Positions 37,713-47,722 are shown, numbered from the stretch's first letter. The stretch: 56,744 nucleotides of DNA from an uncultured Spartobacteria bacterium (GCA_937890535.1 CALBXK010000280.1:1-56744), one strand, 5' to 3'. Numbers and translations are program-made. Notes: generated from the letters alone by a model not told the origin.

Positions 37713-39893
37713 TTAGGATGTGGTCTTCGTTTTGGCTTCGCGGCGGCGGCTATGCAAGATCCACTCGGTGTAACCGTTGGCTTGAAGGCTGCCTTTAAAA
37801 ATTAGATCGCAGGCGGCGGCAAAGGCGACGTTCTCGTCGAAGTGCGGGGCCATCGGTTGGTAGCTTGGGTCGCCTGCGTTTTGGCGGTCGACGATCGCGG
37901 CCATGCGTTGGAGCGTTTCACGCACTTGTGGCTCGGTGCACAGGCTGTGACGCAGCCAATTGGCTATGTGTTGACTGGAGATGCGCAGCGTGGCGCGGTC
38001 TTCCATGAGGCCGATATCGTTGATGTCGGGAACCTTGGAGCAACCGATGCCTTGATCAATCCATCGGACGACGTAGCCAAGAATGCTTTGGGCGTTGTTG
38101 TCCAACTCTTGCTGAATATCAGCGGCGGACGGTGCGGCTGGGATCAACGGGAGCGTCAGAATATTATCCAGATTGGCGCGGTCGCGAGTGGCGAGGGCTG
38201 TCTGTCGTGCGGCGACATCGACGCGGTGATAGTGGGTGGCGTGCAAGGTGGCGGCAGTGGGTGACGGCACCCACGCGGTGTTGGCACCAGCTTGGGGATG
38301 TGCGGCCTTGGTGGCCAGCATCTGCGCCATGAGATCGGGCATGGCCCACATCCCTTTGCCGATTTGGGCGCGCCCCCGAAGACCGGCGGCAAGACCGACG
38401 TCGACGTTCCAATCTTCGTAGGCGAGAATCCAGGGTTGGGATTTCATGGCCTGCTTGCGCACGACGGGACCGGCTTCCATGGCGGTGTGAATCTCGTCCC
38501 CTGTGCGGTCGAGGAAACCGGTGTTGATAAAGATGACGCGTTCGCGCGCGGCATAGAGGCAGGCGGGAAGATTGATCGTGGTGCGGCGCTCTTCATCCAT
38601 GATGCCGAGCTTGAGGGTGTTGCGTGGGAGACCGAGACCTTCTTCGACGTGACGGAACAATTCGCAGGTGAGGTCCACTTCGGCGGGGCCGTGCATCTTG
38701 GGTTTGACGATATAAACACTCCCCGTGCGACTGTTGCGAATGGGAGCATCGGCTCTGGCGCGCAGATCATGAATAGCAATGAGGCCGGTCATCAATGCAT
38801 CGAGAAATCCTTCAGGGATTTCTGCGCCGTCGGGGCCGAGGACGGCGTCGGTCGCCATGTGATGGCCGACATTACGCACCAGAAGCAGACTGCGGCCGGG
38901 AAGAGTGAATGGGGTGCCGTCGGGGCGGGTGTAGGCGCGATCGGGATTGAGGCGACGGGTGATTGGACGGCCGTTCTTGACCATGTCTTCGGTCAGGTCT
39001 CCGCGAATGAGTCCGAGCCAGTTGCGGTAGACGATGAGTTTGTCGTCGGCATCGACCGCGGCCACGGAGTCTTCGAAATCTTGAATCGTGGTGATTGCGG
39101 ATTCAAGTACGAGGTCCTTGATTCCGGCAGCATCCGCACCGCCGATCAGGTGGGTGCGGTCAATCTGGATTTCAAAATGCAGACCGTGATTGCGCAGCAA
39201 AATGCCGGTGGGTGCATCGGCGGTGCCGGTGAATCCGACAAATTTTTTCGGTTGGGAGAGGGCCGTGGTGGTTCCGTTGGCGAGAGCGACTGCGAGTTGG
39301 CCGTTGCTGAGTGTGTAGCCGGAGGCGTCGCGGTGGCTGCCGCTGACGAGTGGCGTGGCTTGATCGAGGAATTCGCGGGCGAGGGCGATTACCTTGGCCC
39401 CGCGGGTTGGATTGTAGTTGGTGGCGCGGGTGCAGCCGTCGGTCTCGGCGATCACATCGGTGCCGTAAGCGGCGTCGTAGAAACTACCCCAACGGGCATT
39501 GGCGGCGTTTAGCGCGTAGCGGGCATTATTGACGGGTACGACAAGCTGCGGTCCGGCAATGGTGCAAATCTCGGGATCGACGTTGCTGGTGCTGATGGTG
39601 AAAGGGGCGGGCTCGGACTGAAGATAACCGATCTTTTCCAAGAAGCTGCGATACGCGACGGAATCAAAAGACGTCCGGGGATTCGTGTGATGCCATTGGT
39701 CGATTTTTTCCTGGAATTGGTCGCGTTCCTCTAAGCGAGTCTGGAGAGTTGGGGCCAGATCGCGCACGAGAGTTGCGAGTGTGCCCCAGAATTTTTCGGG
39801 GGTAACGCCGGTGCCGGGGGCGGCGTGGTTGCTGACGAAATCCCGGAGGACAGTCGCTACTTGGAGTTCACCGATGGGTACACGTGGGGTCAT
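37713..39893 (-). CDS. glcB: Malate synthase G
   Basis: 726 aa, the length typical of the G isoform. It contains IMDEERRTT and [16 protein letters not shown]. Confidence 0.92.
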   Translation of the reverse strand: MTPRVPIGELQVATVLRDFVSNHAAPGTGVTPEKFWGTLATLVRDLAPTLQTRLEERDQFQEKIDQWHHTNPRTSFDSVAYRSFLEKIGYLQSEPAPFTISTSNVDPEICTIAGPQLVVPVNNARYALNAANARWGSFYDAAYGTDVIAETDGCTRATNYNPTRGAKVIALAREFLDQATPLVSGSHRDASGYTLSNGQLAVALANGTTTALSQPKKFVGFTGTADAPTGILLRNHGLHFEIQIDRTHLIGGADAAGIKDLVLESAITTIQDFEDSVAAVDADDKLIVYRNWLGLIRGDLTEDMVKNGRPITRRLNPDRAYTRPDGTPFTLPGRSLLLVRNVGHHMATDAVLGPDGAEIPEGFLDALMTGLIAIHDLRARADAPIRNSRTGSVYIVKPKMHGPAEVDLTCELFRHVEEGLGLPRNTLKLGIMDEERRTTINLPACLYAARERVIFINTGFLDRTGDEIHTAMEAGPVVRKQAMKSQPWILAYEDWNVDVGLAAGLRGRAQIGKGMWAMPDLMAQMLATKAAHPQAGANTAWVPSPTAATLHATHYHRVDVAARQTALATRDRANLDNILTLPLIPAAPSAADIQQELDNNAQSILGYVVRWIDQGIGCSKVPDINDIGLMEDRATLRISSQHIANWLRHSLCTEPQVRETLQRMAAIVDRQNAGDPSYQPMAPHFDENVAFAAACDLIFKGSLQANGYTEWILHSRRREAKTKTTS

Positions 39894-39998
39894 GATTTGA
39901 TAGGAAATTGCCTGTCGGGTGTCGCTGGCGGTTGCTTGGGGGATCCCTTCTAAAGCAGTGATTCGCTGTCGATTTCGTAGTGAAATGCCTAGGCGAGG

Positions 39999-40472
39999 TC
40001 AAGTTTTCGTGCGGGCCGCCAAAATCCTAACAAGCCGAATCCGGTTGTAGCGCTGGACTAGGAGACAGGGTAGATTGGCGGCCAACGCGTAGACGACGAT
40101 GATCAACTCGCCCCACCAGGGGTTCCAGAGCAAGAAGACGGGCGTACACCCGATTGCCAGCCAGTGACACAATTCGCCGCGCCGCGTCTCGCGGATAAAA
40201 CGCGCGAGATACTCTGGCTCCTTGCTGCTCAACGTTGCCTTGGCGAAGCCGCCGCTGAACCAACGCGCGGCATCGGGGAGTTGGTCTTTCCACCGTTTGA
40301 TGGCGAAGAGTCGTTCGTAGAATCGACCGCCTTTCTCATACGCGAGCGCCGGATTGGGATCAAACCACTTTGCTGGCATTCGGGTGAACCCCCACGCCAA
40401 ACCCAATTGAATCAGAAGCCAGCCGACGACATTCAGAATAATGATCCAAACGACTGACAGTTCAATTAGCAT
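39999..40472 (-). CDS. crtO: Glycosyl-4,4'-diaponeurosporenoate acyltransferase
   Basis: 157 aa membrane protein. KRWKDQLPDA, ETRRGELCHW and LLVQRYNRIRL align with my recollection of S. aureus CrtO (RKWKHKILDG, ETKRAEFIHW, IIVQRYNRPRL). Confidence 0.75.
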   Translation of the reverse strand: MLIELSVVWIIILNVVGWLLIQLGLAWGFTRMPAKWFDPNPALAYEKGGRFYERLFAIKRWKDQLPDAARWFSGGFAKATLSSKEPEYLARFIRETRRGELCHWLAIGCTPVFLLWNPWWGELIIVVYALAANLPCLLVQRYNRIRLVRILAARTKT

Positions 40473-41505
40473 GAATGCGCCGTCCTTTCCATGTCACCTG
40501 CTTGTCCGATCGGAGGAGCGACCACGCAAAGAGAGCGAAAAAAAACACCAGTGGCACGGGGTAAAACAAAGCCGTGTACCAACGGAATGCGCCGACCTGC
40601 CGGAACATGAAAGCGAGCTGTGCAGCAAAAAGGAGGTACAATAGCGTGGCCCACTCCGAGAATGGCAGCCAACCCACTGGCAACATCATACCGATTAACC
40701 ACGCCACGATGAGAAGTAGGGTCGGTTTTGCTGTCTGACCGGCTCCTGAAGCAAAACCTTTGGTCCAACCTTCGATCAAATCCGAAAGCCCGTTGGGGTA
40801 CATGCGAAACCCAAGCAGACCTTTCCCGGTCTGGCTATGAAGCGGGATGCCGAATTCGCAAAACCGTTCTGCCAGGAAAAAGTTCTCCAGGATGCGTCCC
40901 TTCACCGTCTCGTGTCCGTCGATTCTACGGTAGCTCGCCCGATCCACCATCAACATCTGTCCGAACAATCCGTGGGGCACGGTGCCGGCAGCCATGATGA
41001 GATTGAAAAAAGCAGAGAGCTGCTCGTAAGGTCTCTGCGGCGTATGATAAGGGCCCACCGACAATGCCCCAGTGTCATAGGCGGCAAGGATTCGCTCCAG
41101 CCCGCCCGTTTCAAACCACGTGTCGGCGTCTATAAACAACAAAATGTCTCCGTTCGCGAAGTTTGCCCCCTGCTGACACGCCCACGTCTTGCCCCGCCAT
41201 TCCTCCGGTAACGGTTGCGATGCGATGACCGTCGCCCCAAGTTTTTCAGCGACTTCGGCGGTTCGGTCGGTCGAAGCGTCATCTACGACGATGACTTCCA
41301 GCGGGCGAACGGATTGCGCGTTGATGGAATGCAGGAGCCTTGGCAGGTTATGCTCCTCGTTCCGGGCTGGGATGATGACCGAAAGTGAAAGGGATGGATG
41401 AAAAAAATGGGCGCTCGGGAGGTATGTCCGGATACGACTGAGGATAAGAAACCCGGCAAACCACAGCAACGACGCCACGCTTAGGATGATGGATCCTGAT
41501 CCCAT
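40462..41505 (-). CDS. crtQ: Family-2 glycosyltransferase, 4,4'-diaponeurosporenoate glycosyltransferase-like
   Basis: The start is at MGSGSIILSVASLLWF (internal Met 124). GT2 motifs LSVIIPARNEEHNLPRLL, VIVVDDASTD and LLFIDADT are followed by C-terminal TM helices. It overlaps crtP by 25 nt and crtO by 11 nt. Confidence 0.75.
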   Translation of the reverse strand: MGSGSIILSVASLLWFAGFLILSRIRTYLPSAHFFHPSLSLSVIIPARNEEHNLPRLLHSINAQSVRPLEVIVVDDASTDRTAEVAEKLGATVIASQPLPEEWRGKTWACQQGANFANGDILLFIDADTWFETGGLERILAAYDTGALSVGPYHTPQRPYEQLSAFFNLIMAAGTVPHGLFGQMLMVDRASYRRIDGHETVKGRILENFFLAERFCEFGIPLHSQTGKGLLGFRMYPNGLSDLIEGWTKGFASGAGQTAKPTLLLIVAWLIGMMLPVGWLPFSEWATLLYLLFAAQLAFMFRQVGAFRWYTALFYPVPLVFFFALFAWSLLRSDKQVTWKGRRIHAN

Positions 41506-42971
41506 GCGAGAATTTTTTTGCAAACATTCTGTCCGCAGAGGACGACCATGGGCATGCCTCCGCCGGGGTTGACTGAGCCCCCTACGAAAAAGAGATTTGG
41601 GTAGCGCGAGCTTTGCTTGGGCGCCTTGAACCCGAAGTTTTTGAAGCGGTCGGTGACGACCCCGTAGATCGAGCCTTTGTTGGAGTAATACTGTTGCTGG
41701 ATGTCGAGTGGCGTCCAGACATGCTCGTACACGATGTGTTTGCGCAGATCCTTCAGACCCATCCGTTCCAGCTTGTCCACGATCCGTTCCTTGAACGCGA
41801 GATAGTCGTCGCGAGTGAGCGGATGGGCCTCGTCGATGTAGGGGATGTGCGGCAGAATTTTGAGGCAATCGCATCCAGGCGGTGCGACGGTCGGATCGGT
41901 CTTAGAGGCAGCGACAAGGTAAATGGTCGGGTCGGGCGGAAGCTCGTGCTTTTTGAATACGGTGTGGAAATGTTCGCGTTGGTGTCCGGAAAAGAAGAAA
42001 TTGTGGTGCGCCAGTTGCGGGTACTTACAATCGAGACCAAGATCGAGCACGAGGCCGGAGCAGGAGGGTTCGAGTCGCTTTTCAAGCTTTTTCACAAATG
42101 CGGCATCTTCATCGAGCAGATCCCGGTAGGCGGGGATGACTTCCATGTTGGAGACGATAATTTTGGCGGCGTGAAATGTACCGTCAGCGGTGACAAGGCC
42201 GGTCACTCTGCCCTCGGCGGTGCGGATGCTGGTGATCTCGCTGTTGAGATGGACCGTTATGCCGAGTTCGTCCATCAACCGCTGGAGGCCTTGCGCGATG
42301 CTGTATAGACCGCCGTCGACGTACCAGAGATCGTAGCGGAACTGGATCGTCGCCATGCAGTTCATAAATGCAGGTGCCTGATAGGCGGACGAACCGACGT
42401 ATTTGATAAAGTAATCGAAGATATCCCGCATGTGGCGGGTCTTGAGAAACCGCTTCACGCCGCCATGCATCGTTCGGAAGAGGTCGAATTGCGGAAATTT
42501 CCAGAGCCCGTAGAACTTTGCGAAATCGTCAGAAGAGTCGAGCCCTTCTTGGAAATACCCAGCATTCACGAGGTCGTAGAGCCGGGCGGAGTAATCGAGG
42601 AAGCGCTGCACATTGGCAGGATCTTCGCCGACCTTGCGCGCCTCGGAGGCCATCTTTTCGGGTTCGGGATAGAGGTCCACGACCTTGCCGTCCTCGAAAA
42701 AGTTGCGCCAGTGCGGTCGCAGGGCACGAATGGTGAAGTAATCACTCATCTTTTTCCCCGACCGCTCGAACAACCGTTCAAAGATCTGCGGCAGGGTCAG
42801 GATGGATGGTCCGAGGTCGAAGGTGTAACCCTGTTCTTTCAGCACATTTAGCTTGCCGCCGATCTGGGCATTTTTCTCGTGGATGACGACCTCGTAGCCT
42901 TCCTGGCGCAGTGAGATCGCCGCCGATAACCCGCCAAGTCCGGCTCCGATAACAATGACGGATTTCTTCAT
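41481..42971 (-). CDS. crtP: 4,4'-diaponeurosporene oxygenase (CrtP/CrtNb-type FAD oxidoreductase)
   Basis: The start is at MKKSVIVIGAGLGGLSAA (Met 50). FDLGPSILT.P.IFE.LF, FIKYVGSS, SNMEVIPAY, YPQLAHHNFFF, DPTIYLV, LPHIPYI and FVGGSVNPGGGMPMV match my recollection of S. aureus CrtP closely. Confidence 0.8.
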   Translation of the reverse strand: MKKSVIVIGAGLGGLSAAISLRQEGYEVVIHEKNAQIGGKLNVLKEQGYTFDLGPSILTLPQIFERLFERSGKKMSDYFTIRALRPHWRNFFEDGKVVDLYPEPEKMASEARKVGEDPANVQRFLDYSARLYDLVNAGYFQEGLDSSDDFAKFYGLWKFPQFDLFRTMHGGVKRFLKTRHMRDIFDYFIKYVGSSAYQAPAFMNCMATIQFRYDLWYVDGGLYSIAQGLQRLMDELGITVHLNSEITSIRTAEGRVTGLVTADGTFHAAKIIVSNMEVIPAYRDLLDEDAAFVKKLEKRLEPSCSGLVLDLGLDCKYPQLAHHNFFFSGHQREHFHTVFKKHELPPDPTIYLVAASKTDPTVAPPGCDCLKILPHIPYIDEAHPLTRDDYLAFKERIVDKLERMGLKDLRKHIVYEHVWTPLDIQQQYYSNKGSIYGVVTDRFKNFGFKAPKQSSRYPNLFFVGGSVNPGGGMPMVVLCGQNVCKKILAWDQDPSS

Positions 42972-42973
42972 TT

Positions 42974-43717
42974 TTATCGTTTCTTCAGTTCGTCCTGCGC
43001 CAGCCGGTCGCGCGGATTCACTGCCAGTGCCTTGCGGAAATATTTTTCGGCTTTTGCCGGTTTGCCCAGGGCATCGTATGTCATGCCGATATACACGAGA
43101 CACGTGCTCCGCCCCCAACGCGGGTCAACGGGGCCGGCTGGCCGGCTGGCTTCCGCTTCAAACAGTTTCTCCGCGGCTAGCAGCAGCTCCAGGGCCTGGC
43201 TTTTCCCGCCGAGCAAAGACGGTCCATAGAACCGGCTCATTCCGTCCAGATACAAAACGCGCGGGCTGTCGGGGCTGAGCGTGCGTGCTTGTTTTGCCTG
43301 ATTCATCACCCGTGGACCAAGCCAGACCGCCCGTAGCGGGTTCGCGGCGATGCTCATGCCGTACACTGTGCCCAGCAAGGCACGGCTCTCCCCGCTGTCC
43401 GGATTGAGCTGCACCGCACGCTCCAGTGAGGTGGTCGTCTCTTCGAGCGCCTGCTCCGACAACCGCCGGCTCTTGTCTGTGGCCGGTTCGCCCAGGAGGA
43501 AAAGCAATCGGTGGAAATTTGCGGTGCTCTGCCAGTACTGACTTGTGAAGGATTCGGGGGCCTGCGCAAATGTCGCCGCCGCTTTTATAAACCCCTTTTC
43601 GTTCCATGCCTGATAGGCCTCTGTAAATTCTGCGATGCCGACCTCAGTGAGGACGTTCTCGTCAGCGGCCCAAACCGACGCCGAGACGAGCAGGCAGAAC
43701 GCGAAGTTTCGAATCAT
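42974..43717 (-). CDS. Secreted TPR-like repeat protein, first gene of the crtP-crtQ-crtO string
   Basis: The start is at MIRNFAFCLLVSASVWA-ADE (Met 101), which gives a signal peptide. The C-terminal TPR is YIGMTYDALGKPAKAEKYFRKALAVNP. Its stop lies 2 nt before the crtP start. Confidence 0.7.
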   Translation of the reverse strand: MIRNFAFCLLVSASVWAADENVLTEVGIAEFTEAYQAWNEKGFIKAAATFAQAPESFTSQYWQSTANFHRLLFLLGEPATDKSRRLSEQALEETTTSLERAVQLNPDSGESRALLGTVYGMSIAANPLRAVWLGPRVMNQAKQARTLSPDSPRVLYLDGMSRFYGPSLLGGKSQALELLLAAEKLFEAEASRPAGPVDPRWGRSTCLVYIGMTYDALGKPAKAEKYFRKALAVNPRDRLAQDELKKR

Positions 43718-43765
43718 CACTTGACGACGATACACGAAGCTGCTGACAACACACGTGGCAAAACT

Positions 43766-45130
43766 ATGGATTTCGCGCCCCTCATCCTGCGGCAACGCAA
43801 GCACTTCAATACCGGGGCGAATCGTTCGCTGGCTTTCCGACAGGAACAGCTTTGCCGCCTCCAATCCGTCATCAAAGCCCACGACAGCGAGATCCTGGAT
43901 GCTCTCCGTGCCGATCTCCGCAAACCAGCCCAGGAAGCGTACACCAGCGAAATTGGGTTGGTGCTCAGCGACATTCGCTACGCACTCAAGTGTCTCCCGG
44001 CCTGGATGAAGCGGCAAAGCCGTCGCCTACCTTGGATCGCCTGGCCTGGCACCGGCTGCGTCCTGTCTGAACCGCTTGGCGTCGCCCTCATTATCGGCCC
44101 TTGGAATTACCCGTTTCAGCTTCTATTCTCTCCGCTCGTCAGTGCGCTGGCTGCAGGCAACTGTGTCGTCCTTAAGCCATCTGAGTTTGCTCCCCACACC
44201 GCCGGAGTCATCAGCAAGCTCATTGCCGACACTTTTCCGGCCAATCATATCACGGTCGTCGAGGGCGACCGGCAAACGGCGGAGGCGATGTTGCTGGAAA
44301 AATTTGACACTATCTTTTTCACCGGCAGCACGAGCGTCGGCAAGGCCGTCATGTCCAGCGCAGCCCGGCATCTCACGCCAGTCACTCTCGAGCTCGGCGG
44401 TAAATGCCCGGCCATCGTCAGCGCTGATGCGCCCCTTGAAGTGACCGCCCGTCGCATTGCCTGGGGCAAGTTTATGAATGCCGGCCAAACCTGCATTGCG
44501 CCGGATTTTGTCCTGGTTGACCGGCAAAGGTTTGCATCGCTGGTGGAAGCGCTGCGGGGCGCCGTCGGGGAGTTCTATGGCGATAATCCGCAAATCAGCC
44601 CCAACTACGGGAGGATCGTTAACCGGTCACATTTTGACCGGCTCATCCATTGCGCGGGCACTTGCAAGAGCGACGCAGAAGACCTCTATATCGCACCGAC
44701 CATTCTCACCGATGTCTCGTGGGCTGACCCGGTGATGCAGGAGGAGATCTTTGGGCCGATTCTTCCGGTCATTCCGTTCGACTCGATGGACGAGGTGTTG
44801 GCCCTGCTGCACGATCGGCCGGCGCCGCTGGCGGTTTATATTTTTACCAACGACCGAGCCGTTCAGGAGCGCATCGTGGCCGACACCCGGAGTGGCGGAG
44901 TCTGCATCAACGACACCGTCGTCCAGATGGTGGGTCAGGATCTTCCGTTCGGAGGCGTCGGCGAAAGCGGGATGGGAAAGTGCCGCGGCAAGGCGGGATT
45001 CGATTGTTTCAGCCACGAACGAACAATCGTCCGGCGCTTCCCGTTTTTTGATTTTCGTTTCCGGTATCCACCGCCGAAACTCTCGCTCGAGAAACTGAAA
45101 GGGGCTTGCCGGTTTCTCTTGGGTAGTTGA
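43766..45130 (+). CDS. aldH: Class-3 aldehyde dehydrogenase, candidate 4,4'-diaponeurosporen-aldehyde dehydrogenase
   Basis: The start is at MDFAPLILRQRKHFNTG (Met 86). ELGGKCP, the catalytic NAGQTCIAPD and an EEIFGPILP pattern are typical of fatty/aromatic class-3 ALDH. The assignment to the carotenoid pathway comes from context. Confidence 0.75.
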   Translation: MDFAPLILRQRKHFNTGANRSLAFRQEQLCRLQSVIKAHDSEILDALRADLRKPAQEAYTSEIGLVLSDIRYALKCLPAWMKRQSRRLPWIAWPGTGCVLSEPLGVALIIGPWNYPFQLLFSPLVSALAAGNCVVLKPSEFAPHTAGVISKLIADTFPANHITVVEGDRQTAEAMLLEKFDTIFFTGSTSVGKAVMSSAARHLTPVTLELGGKCPAIVSADAPLEVTARRIAWGKFMNAGQTCIAPDFVLVDRQRFASLVEALRGAVGEFYGDNPQISPNYGRIVNRSHFDRLIHCAGTCKSDAEDLYIAPTILTDVSWADPVMQEEIFGPILPVIPFDSMDEVLALLHDRPAPLAVYIFTNDRAVQERIVADTRSGGVCINDTVVQMVGQDLPFGGVGESGMGKCRGKAGFDCFSHERTIVRRFPFFDFRFRYPPPKLSLEKLKGACRFLLGS

Positions 45131-45169
45131 ATATTGGGTTCCATTGACTAATTTGGATAAAAAAGCACT

Positions 45170-46651
45170 ATGTCAAAACGAGTCTTAATCATCGGAGCCG
45201 GCCCGGGAGGCCTTGCTTCCGCAATGTTGCTGGCCAAGGCCGGGGTGGAAGTCACCGTTTTGGAAAAGCAGCCCCGTGTCGGTGGGCGCACCTCCGTCAT
45301 CGAGAGTGGAGGCTATCGCTTCGACCTTGGCCCGACGTTTTTTCTTTATCCGCAAATCCTTCAGGAAATCTTTCAGGAGGTTGGACGGGATCTGTTCAAG
45401 GAAGTGCCGATGACAAAGCTTGATCCGCAATATCGCATTACCTTCGGAGCGGGGGGCGAGTTAAATGCGACGTCTGACATCGAGCGTATGGTGGCGGAGA
45501 TCGCAAGGCTTTCGCCCTCGGATGGGCAGGGCTTCCGGAAGTTTATGGAGTATAACCGCGTGAAGCTGGAAAAGTTTGCGCCCTGCCTTCAGGTGCCGTT
45601 TCCTGGTTGGAAGAGCTTGATCAGCCTGCGCCTTCTGGCCGTGCTGCCATTTCTCAAGCCGTGGAAATCGCTGCACACGGAACTGGCGGGTTATTTCAAA
45701 GACCCGCGGCTGCAGCTGGCCTTTACGTTCCAATCCAAATACCTGGGCATGTCTCCGTTTCAATGCCCGAGCCTCTTTTCCATCCTTTCCTACCTCGAAT
45801 ACGAGCACGGGATCTGGCACCCGACTGGCGGTTGCAATGCGATCACGAGCAATATGGCGCGCGTGGCGCAGGAACTTGGCGTGAAAATTCAGCTTGATAC
45901 GGCGGTGGAAGAAATTCTGTTTGAAGGCCGTCGAGCGGTGGGCGTGCGCACCTCCACGGGCGAACATCGCGCCGATGCCGTGGTTGTTAACGCTGATTTT
46001 TCCGCCGCGATAACGAAGCTCGTGCCGAACGGGTTGCGCCGCCGTTGGAGCGACACCAAGGTTTCGAAGAAGGATTTCTCCTGCTCAACGTTCATGATGT
46101 ATCTCGGCGTCGAGGGCAGGTTCGACCACCTCGCACATCACAATATTTATGTGGCGAAAGATTATCATCGCAACCTCGATGAGATCGAGAAGCAGCACAT
46201 TTTGTCTGAAGACCCGTCGTTCTACGTCGAGAATCCAGTGCTCACCGACGCCACGATGGCGCCGCCCGGCCACAGCTCATTGTATGTGTTGCTGCCTGTG
46301 ACGCATCAGCATTCGAACGTGGACTGGAATAAGGAGCGCGACCGGTATCGGAGCGTCGCGATTCGCCAGTTGGAAAAACTTGGCATTTCGGACATTGAGA
46401 AGCGCATCCGTTTCGAGCGCGTGGTGACGCCGGCGGATTGGGAAAGCAAGCTGGACATCTATCGTGGCGCCACTTTCAATTTGTCACACACTTTTTCGCA
46501 AATGCTTCACTTGCGTCCGCAGAATCGCTTTGAGGAATTTGAGAGCATGTATCTTGTCGGCGGCGGCACACATCCCGGCAGCGGCCTGCCGGTCATTTTC
46601 GAGTCGGCGCGCATCAGTTCAAAGTTGTTGTTGGAAGATTTGAACATCTGA
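45170..46651 (+). CDS. crtN: CrtI/CrtN-family carotenoid desaturase (4,4'-diapophytoene desaturase-like)
   Basis: 493 aa. It has the FAD fold VLIIGAGPGGLASA plus FDLGPT, DPSFYV, RPQNR..YLVGGGTHPGSGLPV. The choice of CrtN over CrtI is inferred from the neighbouring crtP/Q/O/aldH genes. Confidence 0.7.
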   Translation: MSKRVLIIGAGPGGLASAMLLAKAGVEVTVLEKQPRVGGRTSVIESGGYRFDLGPTFFLYPQILQEIFQEVGRDLFKEVPMTKLDPQYRITFGAGGELNATSDIERMVAEIARLSPSDGQGFRKFMEYNRVKLEKFAPCLQVPFPGWKSLISLRLLAVLPFLKPWKSLHTELAGYFKDPRLQLAFTFQSKYLGMSPFQCPSLFSILSYLEYEHGIWHPTGGCNAITSNMARVAQELGVKIQLDTAVEEILFEGRRAVGVRTSTGEHRADAVVVNADFSAAITKLVPNGLRRRWSDTKVSKKDFSCSTFMMYLGVEGRFDHLAHHNIYVAKDYHRNLDEIEKQHILSEDPSFYVENPVLTDATMAPPGHSSLYVLLPVTHQHSNVDWNKERDRYRSVAIRQLEKLGISDIEKRIRFERVVTPADWESKLDIYRGATFNLSHTFSQMLHLRPQNRFEEFESMYLVGGGTHPGSGLPVIFESARISSKLLLEDLNI

Positions 46652-46865
46652 CATCCTGACTTGCGGGAAAAACAGGTGATCTGATTGGGCGGCAAACGAG
46701 GTGGAGATCGGTGCCTGGATAGTAGATTTCCAAGGCATTGAGTTCGAGGCACATCGTCTCAGGGCCTGTATTGTGCGAAAAGCTCTGATACCGCACAGGA
46801 GTGGTATTTTGTTTCGTGACGCCGCCCGATACGTCTGCACAATTCCCCGAACCCCTATACCTCTT

Positions 46866-47627
46866 ATGAATGAATCCCTGAAAAACAAAGTCGTCCTCAT
46901 CACCGGAGCCACCAGCGGCATCGGAAAAAGTTCCGCGCTGGCCTTCGCCGCCGCCGGATCGAAGGTTATTGTCAGCGGTCGCCGCGAACCGGAAGGTCAG
47001 GCCGTTGTGGACGAAATCAAAACCGCCGGAGGCGAAGCGACCTTCGTCAAAGCCGATGTCGCCCGGGAAGCAGATATCACCAATCTCCTGGACCGCACGC
47101 TTGCCACCTACGACCGGCTCGATGTCGCCTTCAACAATGCCGGTGTCGAGTTCACCGGTCCTATGACCGAGATCACCGAAGCCGACTTTCAACGCGTCTT
47201 CGCCATTAACGTCTGGGGCGTTCTGGCCTCCATGAAACACGAAATCCCCATCATGCTGCGTCAGGGCGGAGGCGTTATTATCAACACCAGCAGCATTGCC
47301 GGGAAGATCGGCATGGCCGACAACTCGGTTTACATTGCGTCCAAGCACGCCGTCGAGGGTCTGACCAAGGCGGCCGCGATCGAATACGCAGCGAAGGGCA
47401 TTCGGGTGAACGCCGTCGCTCCCGGCGGAGTCGAAACCGATATGCTTACCCGATTTACCGGAGGCGGCAACGAGGAGGCCATTGCTTCCCTGCGTTCCCT
47501 CCATCCTGTCCAGCGTATCGGACGTCCGGAGGAAATCGCCCATCCCGTGCTCTTCCTTGCCAGTGACGCAGCGTCCTTCATCACCGGCACTTCGCTGCCA
47601 GTCGACGGTGGATTCCTCGCCCAATAG
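46866..47627 (+). CDS. Short-chain dehydrogenase/reductase (SDR) family oxidoreductase
   Basis: The start is at MNESLKNKVVLITGATSGIGKS (TGxxxGxG). NNAG, the catalytic YxxxK (YIASKHAVEGLTK) and the C-terminal FITGTSLPVDGG are present. Confidence 0.9.
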   Translation: MNESLKNKVVLITGATSGIGKSSALAFAAAGSKVIVSGRREPEGQAVVDEIKTAGGEATFVKADVAREADITNLLDRTLATYDRLDVAFNNAGVEFTGPMTEITEADFQRVFAINVWGVLASMKHEIPIMLRQGGGVIINTSSIAGKIGMADNSVYIASKHAVEGLTKAAAIEYAAKGIRVNAVAPGGVETDMLTRFTGGGNEEAIASLRSLHPVQRIGRPEEIAHPVLFLASDAASFITGTSLPVDGGFLAQ

Positions 47628-47648
47628 GCTTCACAATTAAGAAAAAAC

Positions 47649-47722
47649 TGCACCCGGCGGGGGTCGAACCCACAACCTACGGCTTCGGAGGCCGGCACTC
47701 TATCCAATTGAGCTACGGGTGC
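47649..47722 (-). tRNA. tRNA-Arg (anticodon CCG)
   Basis: Folded by hand: acceptor GCACCCG/CGGGTGC (7 bp), D arm GCTC-AATTGGATA-GAGT, anticodon arm CCGGC-CT CCG AA-GCCGT, variable AGGTT, T arm GTGGG-TTCGACC-CCCGC, discriminator A. CCA is not encoded. Confidence 0.9.

Noticed and set aside
38292-39512. 406-aa plus-strand ORF.
   Set aside because: It is antisense to malate synthase G and has no motifs.
46614-47624. 336-aa minus-strand ORF.
   Set aside because: It is the exact antisense of the SDR gene, which carries TGxxxGxG and YxxxK. Its composition (Gly/Asp/Val) is typical of a shadow frame.
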